Assembly: GCA_044892525.1 (NCBI GenBank)
Contig: CM097886.1
Span: 82,398,001-82,462,000 of the forward strand
Length of the DNA: 64,000 bases
Origin: Schmidtea polychroa
Taxonomy: Eukaryota
Direction of reading: 5' to 3'
A program made the translations under genes and the position numbers. Shown here in pieces: positions 1 through 13,564 of this stretch. A model generated the notes under the pieces. The model was not told the origin of the DNA. It made no database searches and saw only the letters and a program-made list of their open reading frames with translations. Position 1 is the first letter of the stretch, and every line of letters starts with the position of its first letter.

Positions 1-190
1 TACTCATATCAATCTCACCACTAATAAAGAAGTTGCTTAAAGCTGATATTACCATTAAAAAATGTTCGGGTTCTACCGTCAATTGTATTTTGATTGACTT
101 TTCAATAACATAGTAATCTCGGGCTATTTTCCTTGCCTGTGGATGAGTTGGAGATGACAAAAAACCAATTATTTCTAATCTTATCAGATC
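1..190 (-). CDS. Possible internal exon of an unidentified gene running off the window start
   Basis: Minus strand is open from an AG at ~191 to the window edge (DLIRLEIIGFLSSPTHPQARKIARDYYVIEKSIKIQLTVEPEHFLMVISALSNFFISGEIDMS). Protein-like composition, but no family recognised. Confidence 0.3.
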
Positions 191-282
191 CTTTCACCTT
201 TTTGATATTCAAAGGTAATTAAATACCCTATTAAAATCAAATAATCGATCAATGAATGGTCAAAAGCCACTATTTTCTAGAC

Positions 283-420
283 CAGTGGTTCTAACCTGGG
301 AGCGATCGCCCCCAAGTGGGTGAATTTGGTAATTTTTTTTTGGGGGGGTGATAAATAAATGGGGGTGATTGGTATTCAAAGGGGAGGATTATTTTATTTA
401 AGAGTTACCTTAAAGCCAGT
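283..420 (+). mobile_element. Orphan left end of a hAT (Charlie/Buster-like) element
   Basis: Begins CAGTGGTTCTAACCTGGG, typical of Charlie/Buster TIRs. No matching right TIR or TSD found. Confidence 0.35.
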
Positions 421-425
421 ATTTC

Positions 426-697
426 AAAAGGTAAATGCAATGTTTCTTAAACTCACGAGTTTCTATTTCAATTTACTTTATCTTCACTTCTACTTAGATT
501 ATAGATCGATATAAAATCAAAATAAAGTCAATAGTAAAAACATAAAATATTTTACTTTTTCAATATGTACAAATGATATTTAATATCTTAATTTATAATA
601 ATAATTATTAATATTGATAATCTTTAAACTAATTTATCGATAGCGGAATCATTTATAAAAATATAATTCAAATAAATATTAAATATTAAAATATTAT
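426..697 (+). repeat. ~270-bp dispersed repeat, copy 1 (copy 2 at 8124-8395)
   Basis: Colinear direct match starting aaaaggtaaatgcaatgtttcttaaactca and ending aaatattaaaatattat, with scattered substitutions. Confidence 0.9.
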
Positions 698-808
698 GAA
701 ATTAAAATAATAAAACTGGTTTATTATTTACACTTTACTTCAAATTAAAATAATGACATACAATGAAAATGAAATGGGAACGGGATCGATGGGTAACAGT
801 TATATAGT

Positions 809-1453
809 TGTTGGGTTATTACTGTTAAACTCGTTACTGATTCTGACTCCTCGTGCTCTTTGTCTCAGTTATCAAGATAGAATCCAACACAAAACACTTT
901 ATTAAATATCAATAAGTTTTGATACTAAGTTCTCAATTACACTTTTCAGTTCTGCACTCTTTAATAAAATCGAAAGTCGATGACCCTAAGGGAGACTGCT
1001 TTATTCAGATTTGCCAATGGTTTTTATTTTTGTAAAATTTGAATTGTCTAAGCTTCTTGCTCTTTAATCGCGATATAGTACTTTCCTCTCTTCGACCAAC
1101 TGGCATTTGCCTAACATTGTCATTTACTTTTATATTGCTACTCATCCCGTTTTATCCGCACAATTAAATCAGCACCGACGAAAATTTGGAAAAACAAATA
1201 ACGTTTTGCTAACCCTAATAATTTTGAAAGGAAGTCTAATTATATTATCCACTTGTTTACCGATCGGGTATATCTGTGTCCGACTCAACGCTCGATATCT
1301 GTACATACAAATTTCCCACGGAATAAGTCATTTAGATTTTTTTTCGAAATTTTTAATTAAATATGAACTTTTGAAAGTTTTCAAATTTTATAGTTTTGCA
1401 CATTCAAACTTATTTTGAGCTTATTTTATACGAACTCCAAAACATAATTAACA
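809..1453 (+). mobile_element. Diverged solo-LTR-like sequence related to the tandem LTR family at 41-45 kb
   Basis: Starts TGTTGGGTTATT...ACTGATTCTGACTCCTCGTG, similar to the TGTTGGGTTTTAT...TTACTCTGACTCCACGTG start of the tandem units. 3' end and TSD not established. Confidence 0.35.
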
Positions 1454-1620
1454 TAGAAAATAATGAAAAATCTTACAGAATTGAAGGTTTTCCACAATTG
1501 CATTTAACATCAGACTGAGTACTATAAATGGTTTGAGGAGTATTAGATGGATTTATATTTGTGCTACTGCGATGGGGACTATAATGAAATCAAATTGATT
1601 TTATAACAATGAAATTTAGT

Positions 1621-4600
1621 TTACATTTGAGTTTTAACTTCACCACTTTCAACCCAAGCAAACATCTGGCACAATGAACTGGAACACGTATAAAAAAATT
1701 TGTCTAAAATTAAAACAGATATAATATGTCATATTACCATTAATAGTGGTGTACATAGGGTATCATATACAAGCGGCAAACTTAAATCCGGCTATCCTTT
1801 ATTTCAAAATAATTAAAAGTTTGGGTTTGTTAATGAAGATACTAAGTGTCATATTACCCAGATTTCTCGAATAAAAGATGCTGGAAAAAGGTTTTAGTGT
1901 CCCACAATTAAGAAGGCTCATGGAAATCGATGCTATCAAAATGGTGCTCGATTAGACAGAAATAAATGTCACCGCTGGCACACTTTTAGTAATCCTAACT
2001 ACTTACTAAATAATATTAATAATTACATTTTCTTAATTAACGATTGTTAGTATTATTTTATTTAATTAATTAAGTCAGGGTTTCCCAAACTGTGTTCCGC
2101 TAAACCTGAATAGGAGTTCCGCGACAATTTTTTGGAAGAATTTAATTTAATTTAATATCCACATATTCATATTTCAACACCACTGATATTATTCACAAGA
2201 AATTATTATTTGTAAAAATATTTCACAATAGTTCTTAAGTTAGGTACTAGACCCTTCCAGGTAGTGAGACTAAGCTTTATGGAAGTTGAAAAGAGCCGCT
2301 TATGCTATTATTGCAGTAAATCTTCATTTTACATCCTAAAAAAATCCTTGAAATTTATTACTGCGATTAAGAGTCAATAATATGTGGAAAAAAACAACGG
2401 GATAACGGATTTGCACGTGTTTCACGAAATTTCTGTTCCCAACGAATTCAACCATATTTTTTTCCAAATAATGTTAAAATCAACCAGTCTTACTACATCC
2501 TTGTTAGCAATTAGTCGAACTATATACGCGCATGGTGCCATAAATGTTGGTGAAAAAATCGTGTAAAATTAGTTGTGGAAAATAATCCTTATCAATTAAA
2601 TATCGAACGTCTAAAGGAGAACCCAAACTTCATATATAATACATATGAATAATGTATATGAATCTACATTTGGAAATCAAAGGTTAGTAATACAAGCCAT
2701 AATCATAAATTTGTTTATAAATATATATATTTCGAAAATAAATAAACTAAATTTGAATAAATATGTAACGATTTTCTTAAATATTAATTTAGTCTGATTG
2801 CTTACAATGTCAAAAATTGGTTCTTATTTCAGAATTTAAATATTATTCAAAAACTTCCCATGGATTTCTGGTTGAAAGCAGGAACTTCAACAAAAAGAAG
2901 GCTTACTTCTACTGATACGTCTATCATTGAAAATGAAAATGATCCAAAAACTGTGGTTCCTTCAAAATCTAATATTAAAGAACAAGTGTCATCTACGAAA
3001 AACGGAAGTACGATGAAAGTTATTTAAATTTGGGATTTACATCAGATGCTCCCGATGCATAGTGTGTTTTATGTCATAAAATACTCCAGCAAAACTCCGT
3101 AGGCACCTCGAAACGATGCACACTGGTTATAAAAGAAATTACATACATTTTTTAAGAGACAACGTGACTCACTAGAAAAGTCTAAACTTCAAATGATTAC
3201 AATGGCTAAAACTGAAAATGAAAATGCAACCGAGGCATCGTATCGAGTGAGTTATCGCATTGCACTTAATGGTGAAGCTCATACAATTGGAGAGGCACTC
3301 ATTAAGCCATGTGCGAAAGAAATGGTGTCATGTGTTCTTAACGAGCAGGCTACTAAAAAAATAGATGCAATACAATTATCAAATAATACCGTTTCACGGC
3401 GCATTAAAGATCTTCATACTAGCATAGAGAAAGAGTTAATTCGTCATCTTGGACTTTGCAGTGAATATGCATTGCAAATGGATGAATCTACAGATGTCGC
3501 AGGATTAGCTGTACTACTAGTATTTGTTCGTTACACGTATGATAAACATATTGAAGAAGATTTACTCATGTGCGAATATTTACATGGACAAACTACGAGA
3601 GAAGATATATTCAACTGTATTGATGATTACATTACAAATCAAGCGATAGGTTGGGAGAAATGTATAGATCTGTGTACAGATGGTGCTCGAGCAATGGTAG
3701 GAAAGATGAAAGGTGTTATATCACTTATCCAGAAAGTAGCTACAAGAGCCACCAGCAGTCATTGTATTTTGCATAGGCAAGCACTGGTGACTAAAAAAAT
3801 TCCAACAAATTTAAAAAATGTTATGGATGAAGCCGTGAAAGTGATAAACTATGTAAAATCAAGACCACTTCAATCCAGATTATTTAAAATTCTGTGTGAT
3901 GAAATGGGTAGCCGACACAAAGCATTTTTATTACATACTGAAGTGAGATGGTTATCCAGAGGAAAAGAACTATTAAGATTTTATGAACTTCGAAGTGAGT
4001 TATTGGTTTTCTTGAAGACACAAAATAATTCAGGACACAAATTTAGTGAAGTTTTATCAAATCCTTCATGGTTGATAAAACTTGCATATCTGGCAGATAT
4101 TTTTACCATGTGCAACGAAGTTAATTTATCATTACAAGGAAAATGTATTACAATTTTTAATACAAGAGATAAAATTGCATCTTTTGATAAAAAATACAAT
4201 TTTGGATTTCATCAGTTCAATCCAATCATTTTGATTGTTTTCCTGCCTTTGAATGTTTGAATGAAATAAATTTTAAAGTAGATGAAGAGGTTTCCAAAGA
4301 ATTTTTAGAACACTTACATAACTTGAAAACAATTCTTTTGCAATATTTTCCGAAATCTAGTAAGGACGATTCCGGGGTTCGGAATCCATTTTCTGTGACA
4401 GCTAAACCAGTAGGCTTAAGCGCAAGTGACTATGAAAACCTAATTGATTTAATTAGTGACTCTGAATTGAAAGAAAAATACAAAGATCAGCCTTTAAATG
4501 ATTTCTGGGCGAGTTTGTCAGAAGATTACCACAACTTATCAAAACAAGCCATTATTGTTTTACTTCCGTTTTCAGCAACCTATTTATGCGAAGCGGGATT

Positions 4601-5926
4601 TTCTAATTATGCTGCAATAAAGTCAAAGTGCAGGAACTGGCTCGACGCCACACCAGATATTAGAATCCAACTTACCAATATTGTGTCTGATATCAAGAAG
4701 ATATGCAATTCACGAACTCAAAATCATCAAAGTCATTAGGCGCTTTANNNNNNNNNNNNNNNNNNNNNNNNNNNNNNNNNNNNNNNNNNNNNNNNNNNNN
4801 NNNNNNNNNNNNNNNNNNNNNNNNNNNNNNNNNNNNNNNNNNNNNNNNNNNNNNNNNNNNNNNNNNNNNNNNNNNGTGTTTAATAACATTTTTTTAAATT
4901 TTTTCTATTAGGAATTGCCTAACCTAAAAAATAAGCCAAGAGTTCCGTCAAAATTTATTTGCTTGCAAAGGGTTCCATTGCAGAAAAACTTTGGGAAACC
5001 CTGAATTAAGTGATTATATTTATATAATTATATAATATATAATATTTTTGTAATTGATAATATTGCTTTTTCTAGTTAAGGGTCGAAACGGTCGGTTTTA
5101 GAGATCTAATGATAGATTAAGGATCAATATTTATGAGTTAGACAGGTGAGTTAAGTATCGAAATAGTGGATACAAGGGTAACATTTAACAAGGTCAATTT
5201 AGAGTTCTCTGAGAGTCTGTTTTATTGGTTTAAAAGGTCAGTTTCAAAGTCACAATTTAAGGTATTTGAAAATAAAAAATAATAAATAATAAGCATAATA
5301 AAATTAATAATAACAATAAAAATTTTTTAATAATAATAAGAATAAATAATAAGATTGATAAAATTAATAATAATAACAATGAAAAAATTAATTAAATAAT
5401 AATAATAAATGATGATATTAATAATGATTATAAGAATAATAAAAATAAAATAATAATAATAAAAATCATAATTATAACAAAATAATAATAAAAAAATGAT
5501 GATATTAATAATAATAATAAAAATAAATAATAAGCATAATAAAATTAATATTAACAATAAAAAAATTTGAATAATAATAAAAAGAAATAATAATATTAAT
5601 AGTATAAATGATGATTTCTTGGTAGCAGCATTTATTATTTAAAACAATAAAATGATAATTTAAGCCTTTTGCTGCAAATAATGTATTTAATGAAAAAATT
5701 TTCGACTATAAGATAGTCCTTGTCTTATAGTCGAAAATTTTTTCATTAAATACATTATTTGCAGCAAAAGGCTTAAATTATCATTTTATTGTTTCAAATA
5801 ATATTAATAATAATAATAATAAGAATAAATAATAAGATTGATAAAATTAATAATAATAACAATAAAAAAATTAATTAAATAATAATAATATTTATAATAA
5901 TATTAATAGCAATAAAAAATAAATCA

Positions 5927-5959
<33 letters not shown>

Positions 5960-8900
5960 TAATAATAAATGATGATATTAATAATGATTATAAAAAAGTA
6001 AAAAATAAATAAAATAATAACAACAAATAATAACATAATAATAATAAGAATAAAAAATAACAATAATAAAATTAATAATAATAACAATAAAAAATAAATT
6101 TAATAATAATAATATTAATAATAATATTAATAGCAATAAAAAATAAATCAAATAATAATAATAATAAATAATAATAAAAAATGATGATAGTAATAATAAT
6201 AAAAAATAAATAACATAATAATAACAATAAAAAAATAAATAATAATAACAATGAAAAATGAATAAAATAATAATAATAAAAAAATAATAATAAATAGCAA
6301 TAATAAAAATATTATATTTTTTTAAAATGCTTGACTATGAATCATTAAATATATAAAAAACATCGATATATTTACTGATTCATAGTCAGGCTTTTTAATA
6401 AATACAATGTCAATGGAAAGAAATCAATGGTAAAATTTGAAAAAAGTTCTTATAATAATAAAATAATAATTCTAATAAATTAATAATAATAATACTTTTA
6501 TTTGGTCCTTCTTTTGAAACCTTACGAATAGCTGCGATTTGCCCACAATAACATACCGGTGTACTTTTAACTGATATATCTTGAAGATTTTCAGATTCCG
6601 GCCGAAAAGAAGCTCTAGGAAACTCAAACGAAGACTGTGAAATAGGTTGATTTTTAACTTCCGTTTTAATAGGAAGTATAGTTTTAATGACGTTGGATTG
6701 TGTGTTGTGGGAAGAAATTCCAAGCGGTGGATTTTGAAAACTTGCGGAAGATTTCAAAGTATGAAATCGTATGTTAAGAGATTCACAGAAATCTTTATCG
6801 CAGTATAAACAAACTACAAATCTTCTGTCTTCATCGATAAATATATATCCAATTGATGTTTGACTTGATAGAAACTTTACAGAAATTTTATTAACTGGCA
6901 AGTTATGATCGTGTTCATGAGTATTAGAACAGATTATTATGGCTTCTGTTTCTCTCGACTTTGCCAACATAACATGATCCACTGAGTCAGGTAGCCATAA
7001 TGCATGCTTGCAAGCTGGATATTTAGTACACCCAAGAAACCAAACATTTTTCGTTGATTTTCGAATTAAAATCATTCCTTCACACAGAGGACACCCACGA
7101 ACAGTTTCTTCGGTTATCGTTATGGGATTTAAGAAATTCCATGTCACATCATTTTCTGAATTACCAGCTATTGGAGTTTCTTCTAAATATTTAGCCACGC
7201 CTTCTTTTAACTTGTCAATTTGATTAACAGTTTCTAAAAATATGGCTTTGTATTCATTTAGATGATGATTTAACACATCCTGAGGCCGCTTAGTGCCATT
7301 GCAAATTAGCTCTAGATCTGCCTCAAATTTAGACCGAAGATTAGGCCGAGAAAGAAAGAATCCAATCAAATCGTATCCTTCAACCAAACCCATACCTAAT
7401 TTTCCTGGAATTAAATAATTCATTCCAGGCCCAGTATTGCCTACATATTCTCTAGTTTTCACTTTGTCGATATGCTCGGCATGAGTTGCATCTGTTCCTA
7501 TACCGTGTTTATCCATTAAAACAATCAAATCCGCTTCTGTTAGCAAGGAGGGTGGTGATGTATCGCTTTGATCAATGTTTACTGAATTCGGTTCAAATAT
7601 GTTACCTATTTCATAAACTGGGACTTCTTTATCTACCCACTTATCATAGGGATAAACTTCTAAGTAATTCCTCTCTAATATAGCTAATCCGGTTAAGGAA
7701 AAACCCTCTCCTATTCTATTTATCGATTAAAACCCAGTGGAAATTAGAAATAAAAACACTAACCCACTTCTCAATCGTATATTACCACGAATTGGCCAAC
7801 TATCAGCGCCATATGATTTACTTATACAGTCAATTAGAATTTTAGTTTCGTGACCCAGCGCATTTTTTGATAAACAAGCCAAGAAATGTCTCGTTACCAA
7901 TTCAAATATTCGAGCTTCATCTCCATTCAATCCAATACCTTGTTTCAGTGGATGAATTGGAGGATGAGCTTGGTCGGATTTTTTACCGTTATGTGGATTC
8001 ACTCCTTCTGATAACAGTCTAGTGGCAAACTCTGAAATTGAGACCAAGAAATTCTAAGCAAGATATTTGGAAAGTAACTAAAGGATTTTAAAGTCTTAAA
8101 AGGTAAGATGTATTTAAAGATTTAAAAGGTAAATGCAATGTTTCTTAAACTCATGAGTTTCTATTTTAATTTCCTTTATCTTCACTTTTACTTAGATTAT
8201 AGATCGATATAAAATCAAAAATAAAATCAATAGTAAAAATATAAAATATTTTACTATTCCAATATTTACAAATGATATCTAATATCTTTAATTATAACAA
8301 TTATTATTATTATTGATAATCTTTAAACTAATTTATCGATAGCGGAATGATTTATAAAAATATAATTCAAAAAATATTAAATATTAAAATATTATAAAAG
8401 CTTACTCCCTAGATACTTAAAATATCACTAGTCTCACGAAGTAGTTGAACTCATTATAAATAACAAAATATGTTGTATTTACCTGCCCATCGATTATCTG
8501 GTATTTGGTCTTGTACAAGTTTTGAAAGATTCATTTCCTTGGGGAAAATATTTGTTTCAGTTCTTGGGTAACTTATGAAACCTTTACTATACAGCTTCTC
8601 GGCAATTTGCATTGTAGTTTTAGGGTTGATTTTTAATTTTCTTGAAGCCAATTTTTCTAATTCAATTGTGTCCATAGCAAAAGGTCTCCATTTTGATTTT
8701 GGTTTATTATTCACATCAATAACACAAGCTAAACTTCCCCCGTCGGTGATATTGTCAAGTAATGCTAGGACTAAATTTTCATCAAACAATTTGATTCTAT
8801 CCCAATTGAACTCAGCAATTTCTAATTTTTTTTCATGAGTTAAAATAATTTTCCAAAATGGTTCTGAAACAAAATTTTCCACTTCTTTGTACCTCTCGAC

Positions 8901-11900
8901 AACAAAACCCAGAGTTGGAAATTGACAGCTGCCATATGATATAACTTGATTGGATAGAACACGAGGAAATTTCTTTTGTAAAAATAAGGTCTGTAAACGT
9001 GTAAAAGCCGCTCCTAATTTCAAATCTAATTCCTGCCTGGTATCAACAGCTTGAGAGAGCTTTAAGTTAATATCTACTAAATTATTGAGAGCTCTAGTAA
9101 CTGATCTGAAAATGTTAATTTAACATTTTTATTTTGAAATGTCAGGCAGCATATTTTAATACCGTAAAGAAAGAAACATTAAATGAAAGTAAAATTAGAA
9201 TAAGCAAATGTAAAATTGGTGAATTATTAATTAATTTGATCTTTGTTCAGAATTCCAAATGATAAATTCCTGAAAATGATCTTACATAAAACAAAATAAA
9301 AGCTCATCGTGCTGGTTTCAATTTATTTTTAAAAATTTTCCTTTTTCAAAGAAGAAAAACCTTCGGATATCCTTAACTAAATTAAGCTTTTAAATATCTT
9401 AACAGACTAGCAGTAGTGAAGCGCTTGAGAATGTACAGAGTATTATCATAAGGGAATGGAGTATATGACCAAAGAAGAGAAGATCACAGGAAGATCACAA
9501 AGAAACGTTGCGACTGTTTTCTACGTGGCTCTATCGACAGTGAACAATATTGCGAATAACAATAAAGTTAAAATACAAAATTTACATCGCTCATTGTTAG
9601 TCGTTATGCGAAAGTTAACTATATTTGGTTAGTATCTTCCCATTGGCTATATAACAGGGTGACCCGACAAAATCGCGCAATAAAAAAAAGTAAAAAAATA
9701 CTATATATATACTATATATATATATACTATATATATACTATACTAATAAAATTGAAAAGCCGAATAATGGTAGCCTATATTTTTAAAATAAAATGATAAG
9801 GTGTATGCGATTCGTCGGAGTTAATCTCCCACTAAAATTGTTCCATATGTTGGAAGCAAAGTCTGCAGGCGTCAATTAAGGCGAACATATTTCAACTTAA
9901 ATGCTTCTGGCTGTCTGATTCCTGAACGAAACCTTTCAATTATCAATTTGTAGTGATCCTGTTCTTGGTGGAATTGTTCAAACAGTTTGTAGACGGACGG
10001 GTGCTGGTAATAAATTATTTGTTGACAAGATCGGTGCCAGGCCTCGACGGAATTGTTGGTACACGGTAGGTTGTCGATGACGCGAGCGCAAACATTCCAC
10101 AGTTGTAAAGGAAGCCTCGGATTTTCACATCGGCCTATGTATGTATCTTCCCGGTAGTTAATCAATAGTGCCATTAGAAGAGGCCAATCATTTGCAAATT
10201 CATCGAAAACATCAGGAACACCCACTACAGGAACAAAGCTTAGACTCAACATCATTTTGACGTGCATTTTTAGATTTTCGTCATCACGATAGTCAGAAGA
10301 TTGTTGGTAGCAATTTGAATGTTCCATCGATGAACCAATGATTATAATGTTGAAGCATACCCAGATGGTCAATCCTGACGTTAATTCGCGTCTGTGTGCG
10401 CGTTGGTTTTGGAGATGGGCTTATTTTTGTGTGCGCACAGACGCGAACAATGTCTTTTGGAGTTTGGTAGGTGTTTTGATTTTTTTAATTGATATTTTTT
10501 GGATTTAGTCAGGGTTGTTTAATTGAAATCGGTTTTTGGAGAAAATTTTGAGTAAGTAATTTTATGAATTTTGGTAAATAAAAGTTTCTGGGCGTTTAAA
10601 TTCATTTGCTTGACCATTTTGAAATGGAAAATGCAATTGAAGAATGTGAAACAGATCTTGATGAGGACGAATTTGAAGAGATTATTCCATTAAAAGATGA
10701 TGCAAAATTTGTTTTGAGTGGTCAATCGAATGTTGTTTTGTCAGTAGTTTGTGATAATAAATCGAAAGTTACATTCGCTGGTGGAATGGATGATACTATA
10801 ATTGCATGAACTTTAGAAGATGGCAAACAAATTGATATATTATATGGACATTCAGAATCAATAACGAAACTAACTCATTCCTTGTAAGTGTGGATTTATG
10901 TGGTTATGTAATCGTATGGAAATTAAATCTTGATCAAATGAAGTTTAATAAATTCAAATCAGTTGAAGTTTCAGACATTATTGACTTTAAGTGGATAGTT
11001 GATCCATTATCCAAAGATGAATTTCTATATGTTTGTGATAAAACTGGAACTGTCCGGTCGTTTTCAATTAGGATGCAAATTCACCTTTTACAATCAAGGC
11101 AAAGATGGTTGCTGCAATGGATTCAATGTCATTCTGAATGGATCTAATGGAGCTGAACTTTATAATGCATTACCTAAAAACATATTCGAAGTTCCAACTC
11201 ACGAAGGGATCGATTGGGCAGAGTCTGCGATGACAATTAAACACCCAGATTTGCAACAACATTTCAATATTTTTTTCAACAAAATTGTGTTTACTAATAT
11301 TAATCAATTCCTTCAGTCGATAGTGAGATTATTTTCGCAGATTAATTATTTGAAAAATTTAATCAATTAGATTCTGCTTAATTTGTAAACTTTAATTGCC
11401 GCGAGTTTGTGTTGTGCGCATTTGTTACGGCGCCATATAACAAATAGCAAATGAAGCTGCTATATCTATATTCGAAGAGGTTGGGATATACAATTGCAGA
11501 GCTGCAAAACGAAACCCACGTCTGGCACCCAAGAATATTGCCAATCGATTTTCCTGGGCAAAGTATATGAGAAAAAGCGTATTTATCATTAGTGATGAGA
11601 GTTCCTTTCAACAGTTCTCCACCAGTGGTCGTGTTTTGGTGTGGCTGTGACACGCAGGATCCCTGTAATGGTGTGGAGAGCTATTTGGTTCAATGGGATT
11701 GTCACTACCACAGTTTACCGTCAAATACTTCACGAGACCCTCTTTCCGATCTATGGTTAACCTTGCAACACTGCAAGAGTAACGAAGACCTGGTTAGAGG
11801 AACATAGGAGCATAATCAACAGACATGAATCCCATTAAGCATGCTTGGTTCTATTGGTCGCGCTACAAGAGGAATGGGTGTTGACAATTATAATTGTCCA

Positions 11901-12801
11901 TTTACCTATGACAATGCACTGTATGTCCCCGGGTGCCGGTTATCTTTACATGTATATCCTGTCTTAGAATACCTATTTTATAAGCCCTCCCCAAAATTAT
12001 TAAAACTTAACTATAGCATTTCAAACATATTCAATATCTTGAAAAATACCTATAAAAAAATTCACAAATTTATTATTTTATATTAAAAAATATATTTAAT
12101 AATTAAATTATTAAAATTAGAAAATGTTAATATATTAAAAGACTTACTGAATAGTTATTTCAGAAAATTTAGCCCGCTTAACAACAATATTAGGTTTAAC
12201 TGATAATATTAATTAATCTCTCCACATAAGACATTGAAATATACCAGCTAAACATGTGTCAACAATCTCCATACCGATGTTTTCGCCTTCTCTGTCACAA
12301 TCTGTCCATATAATTAACATATTACAGTACTTAATAAAATGTTCTAGTGATTCCTTGGATAAATTTGAATAAATATCCAAAAAGGTAAATTAAAATTAAC
12401 TTTAACATTTTTCATATCATCAGTGCAAACTTTATTGACTGGACAATCGAATAGCACTACAGGATTAACGCTTGTCCAATTTTTCATATGAATAGGGAAT
12501 GCAAAATTCATCATATGGCCTGAAACTGATGTCATAATCATATCAGTTTGTCGGCCATTTAAGTTGTATTTAAACTCATAAATCTTATTATACTTAGACT
12601 TTCCATCTTTCTAAAAATTAAGTTAATACAATCGAAAAACTATTAAAAGTTTTTTATATAAATGTCAATTGCATAAGGAATACTCAAAATCAATTTAAAA
12701 AAAAATATTATTAATTATACCTTACGAGCAGTACCACCTGAAAGAAATCCTGCTATTGCTTTGGCTGCATCGTTTTTTTCAGCAACATTAAGAACAGCCA
12801 T
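1621..12801 (-). CDS. TOP3A: DNA topoisomerase III alpha, 8 exons, ~860 aa
   Basis: Exons 12801-12721, 12610-12401, 12353-12245, 12199-12148, 9105-8483, 8031-7822, 7710-6496 and 1703-1621. All have GT-AG boundaries with compatible phases and sum to 2583 nt. Motifs: VAEKNDAAK, TSVSGH, WTDCDREGENIG (TOPRIM), GFISYPRTET (catalytic Tyr), AHPPIHP, GIGTDAT, C4 zinc ribbon, and a GRF finger (CYCG...EGPNK|NKFFYTC...C..FAW) completed by the last exon. Confidence 0.93.
2076..5003 (+). mobile_element. Full-length hAT (Buster/Charlie group) DNA transposon in the last TOP3A intron
   Basis: TIRs CAGGGTTTCCCAAA (2076-2089) and TTTGGGAAACCCTG (4990-5003). Perfect 8-bp TSD AATTAAGT on both sides, with a central TA. 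Confidence 0.95.
2860..4739 (+). pseudogene. Buster-type hAT transposase (ZBED8/SCAND3-like), disrupted
   Basis: RKYDESYLNLGF...CVLC BED finger with an in-frame stop. Also ALQMDESTDV, CTDGARAM, HCILHRQAL, LLHTEVRWLSRGK and TYLCEAGFS. Frameshifts near 3000, 3100 and 4260. Confidence 0.9.
5270..6330. repeat. AAT-rich low-complexity tract with an internal duplication
   Basis: Degenerate (AAT)n. The block taataataagaataaataataagattgataaaatt recurs at ~5330 and ~5810. Confidence 0.85.
5633..5803. mobile_element. Foldback palindromic MITE-like element, family A, copy 1
   Basis: Arms 5642-5713 and 5723-5794 are perfect reverse complements (72 bp) around a 9-nt spacer. Same sequence family as 52569-52724. 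Confidence 0.8.
8124..8395 (+). repeat. ~270-bp dispersed repeat, copy 2 (in TOP3A intron 5)
   Basis: Direct match to 426-697. Confidence 0.9.
9872..10372 (-). pseudogene. MULE (Mutator-like) transposase C-terminal fragment
   Basis: LSFVP...YREDTYIG...PLQLWNV...LPCTNNSVEAWHRS...HPSVYKL matches the MULE C-terminal consensus (LPRTNNxxEGWH...HPxxW). Lies in TOP3A intron 4. Confidence 0.75.
10621..11150 (+). pseudogene. AAMP/Sqt1-like WD40 gene fragment, nested antisense in TOP3A intron 4
   Basis: Acidic N-terminus, then DDAKFVL...VTFAGGMDDTIIA*TLEDG...LYGHSESIT...(frameshift)LVSVDLCGYVIVWKL. This resembles AAMP repeats 1-2, with TGA at a conserved Trp. Confidence 0.6.
11400..11921 (+). pseudogene. 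Tc1-type transposase remnant with right TIR
   Basis: RLAPKNIANRFSWAK...IISDESSF...GRVLVW and STDMNPIKHAW motifs. Ends ...ACAATGCACTG|TA at 11921, the reverse complement of a TA|CAGTG terminus. Confidence 0.7.
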
Positions 12802-13564
12802 AAAATGATTATAATCTAATATAATACTAAGAAAAGACTTGATGCAACTATTTTAAAAATTAAATTTAAAATAAAAACCCAACAAAAGGAATATTAAAAC
12901 TATTATATATAAATTAATGAAAATTTTGTATTAAATGTTTATTTATAGAATAATTTTTCTCGATAAATGTCTTTTCATATAAAAAATATAAATGTCGTTT
13001 AAATCAAAGCATTTGCGAAGTTTTTTATTTTACAATTTATTTTCTGTTAGAATGAATATTAAAAGTCTTCATTTATTTAATATTTTGTGAAAATTATGAA
13101 TACATTTCTTTTAAAACAGAATTTTATGAGAATAGTATTAGAAAATGTCTAAATTCAGGGATCAGTGAGCTTTAACAAAATATTTGACGAAGAAAATCTT
13201 TAACATTAAACAAATTATGAAGAGTAACTGCCGCGATCTGATGATTGAAAATTGACCTAATGAACTTTATTCAACTTTGTCGTTATCAGAGAAAATAACT
13301 TGATAACAATGTTTCCATTGTTAGAAAACGCTAGTACTATCAGTACAAAACTCGTCTTGTTAAAAATTTTTAGGGTTGCTGATAGATTTGTAATCAACTC
13401 TTCCTTAAACGTCTTAATGCTTATTTTACTTTCTACGATCCATGTACCCATGGTAACGACCATGTTGGTAAACTAAGTGGCTGAAAATCAATCAACAGGT
13501 GAACTTAATTACTAGAACCTCATTGATTATTCCTCTTTGAGTTCATGAATTTTATGAATAAATT

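Noticed and set aside
5327-6087. Hydrophobic I/L/Y-rich ORFs (5327-5557, 5875-6087)
   Set aside because: Artefacts of (ATT)n low complexity, not membrane proteins.
6410-9023. Topoisomerase IA ORFs as a bacterial or viral topoisomerase acquired with the Polinton
   Set aside because: They splice into a canonical intron-containing eukaryotic TOP3A with a GRF finger.
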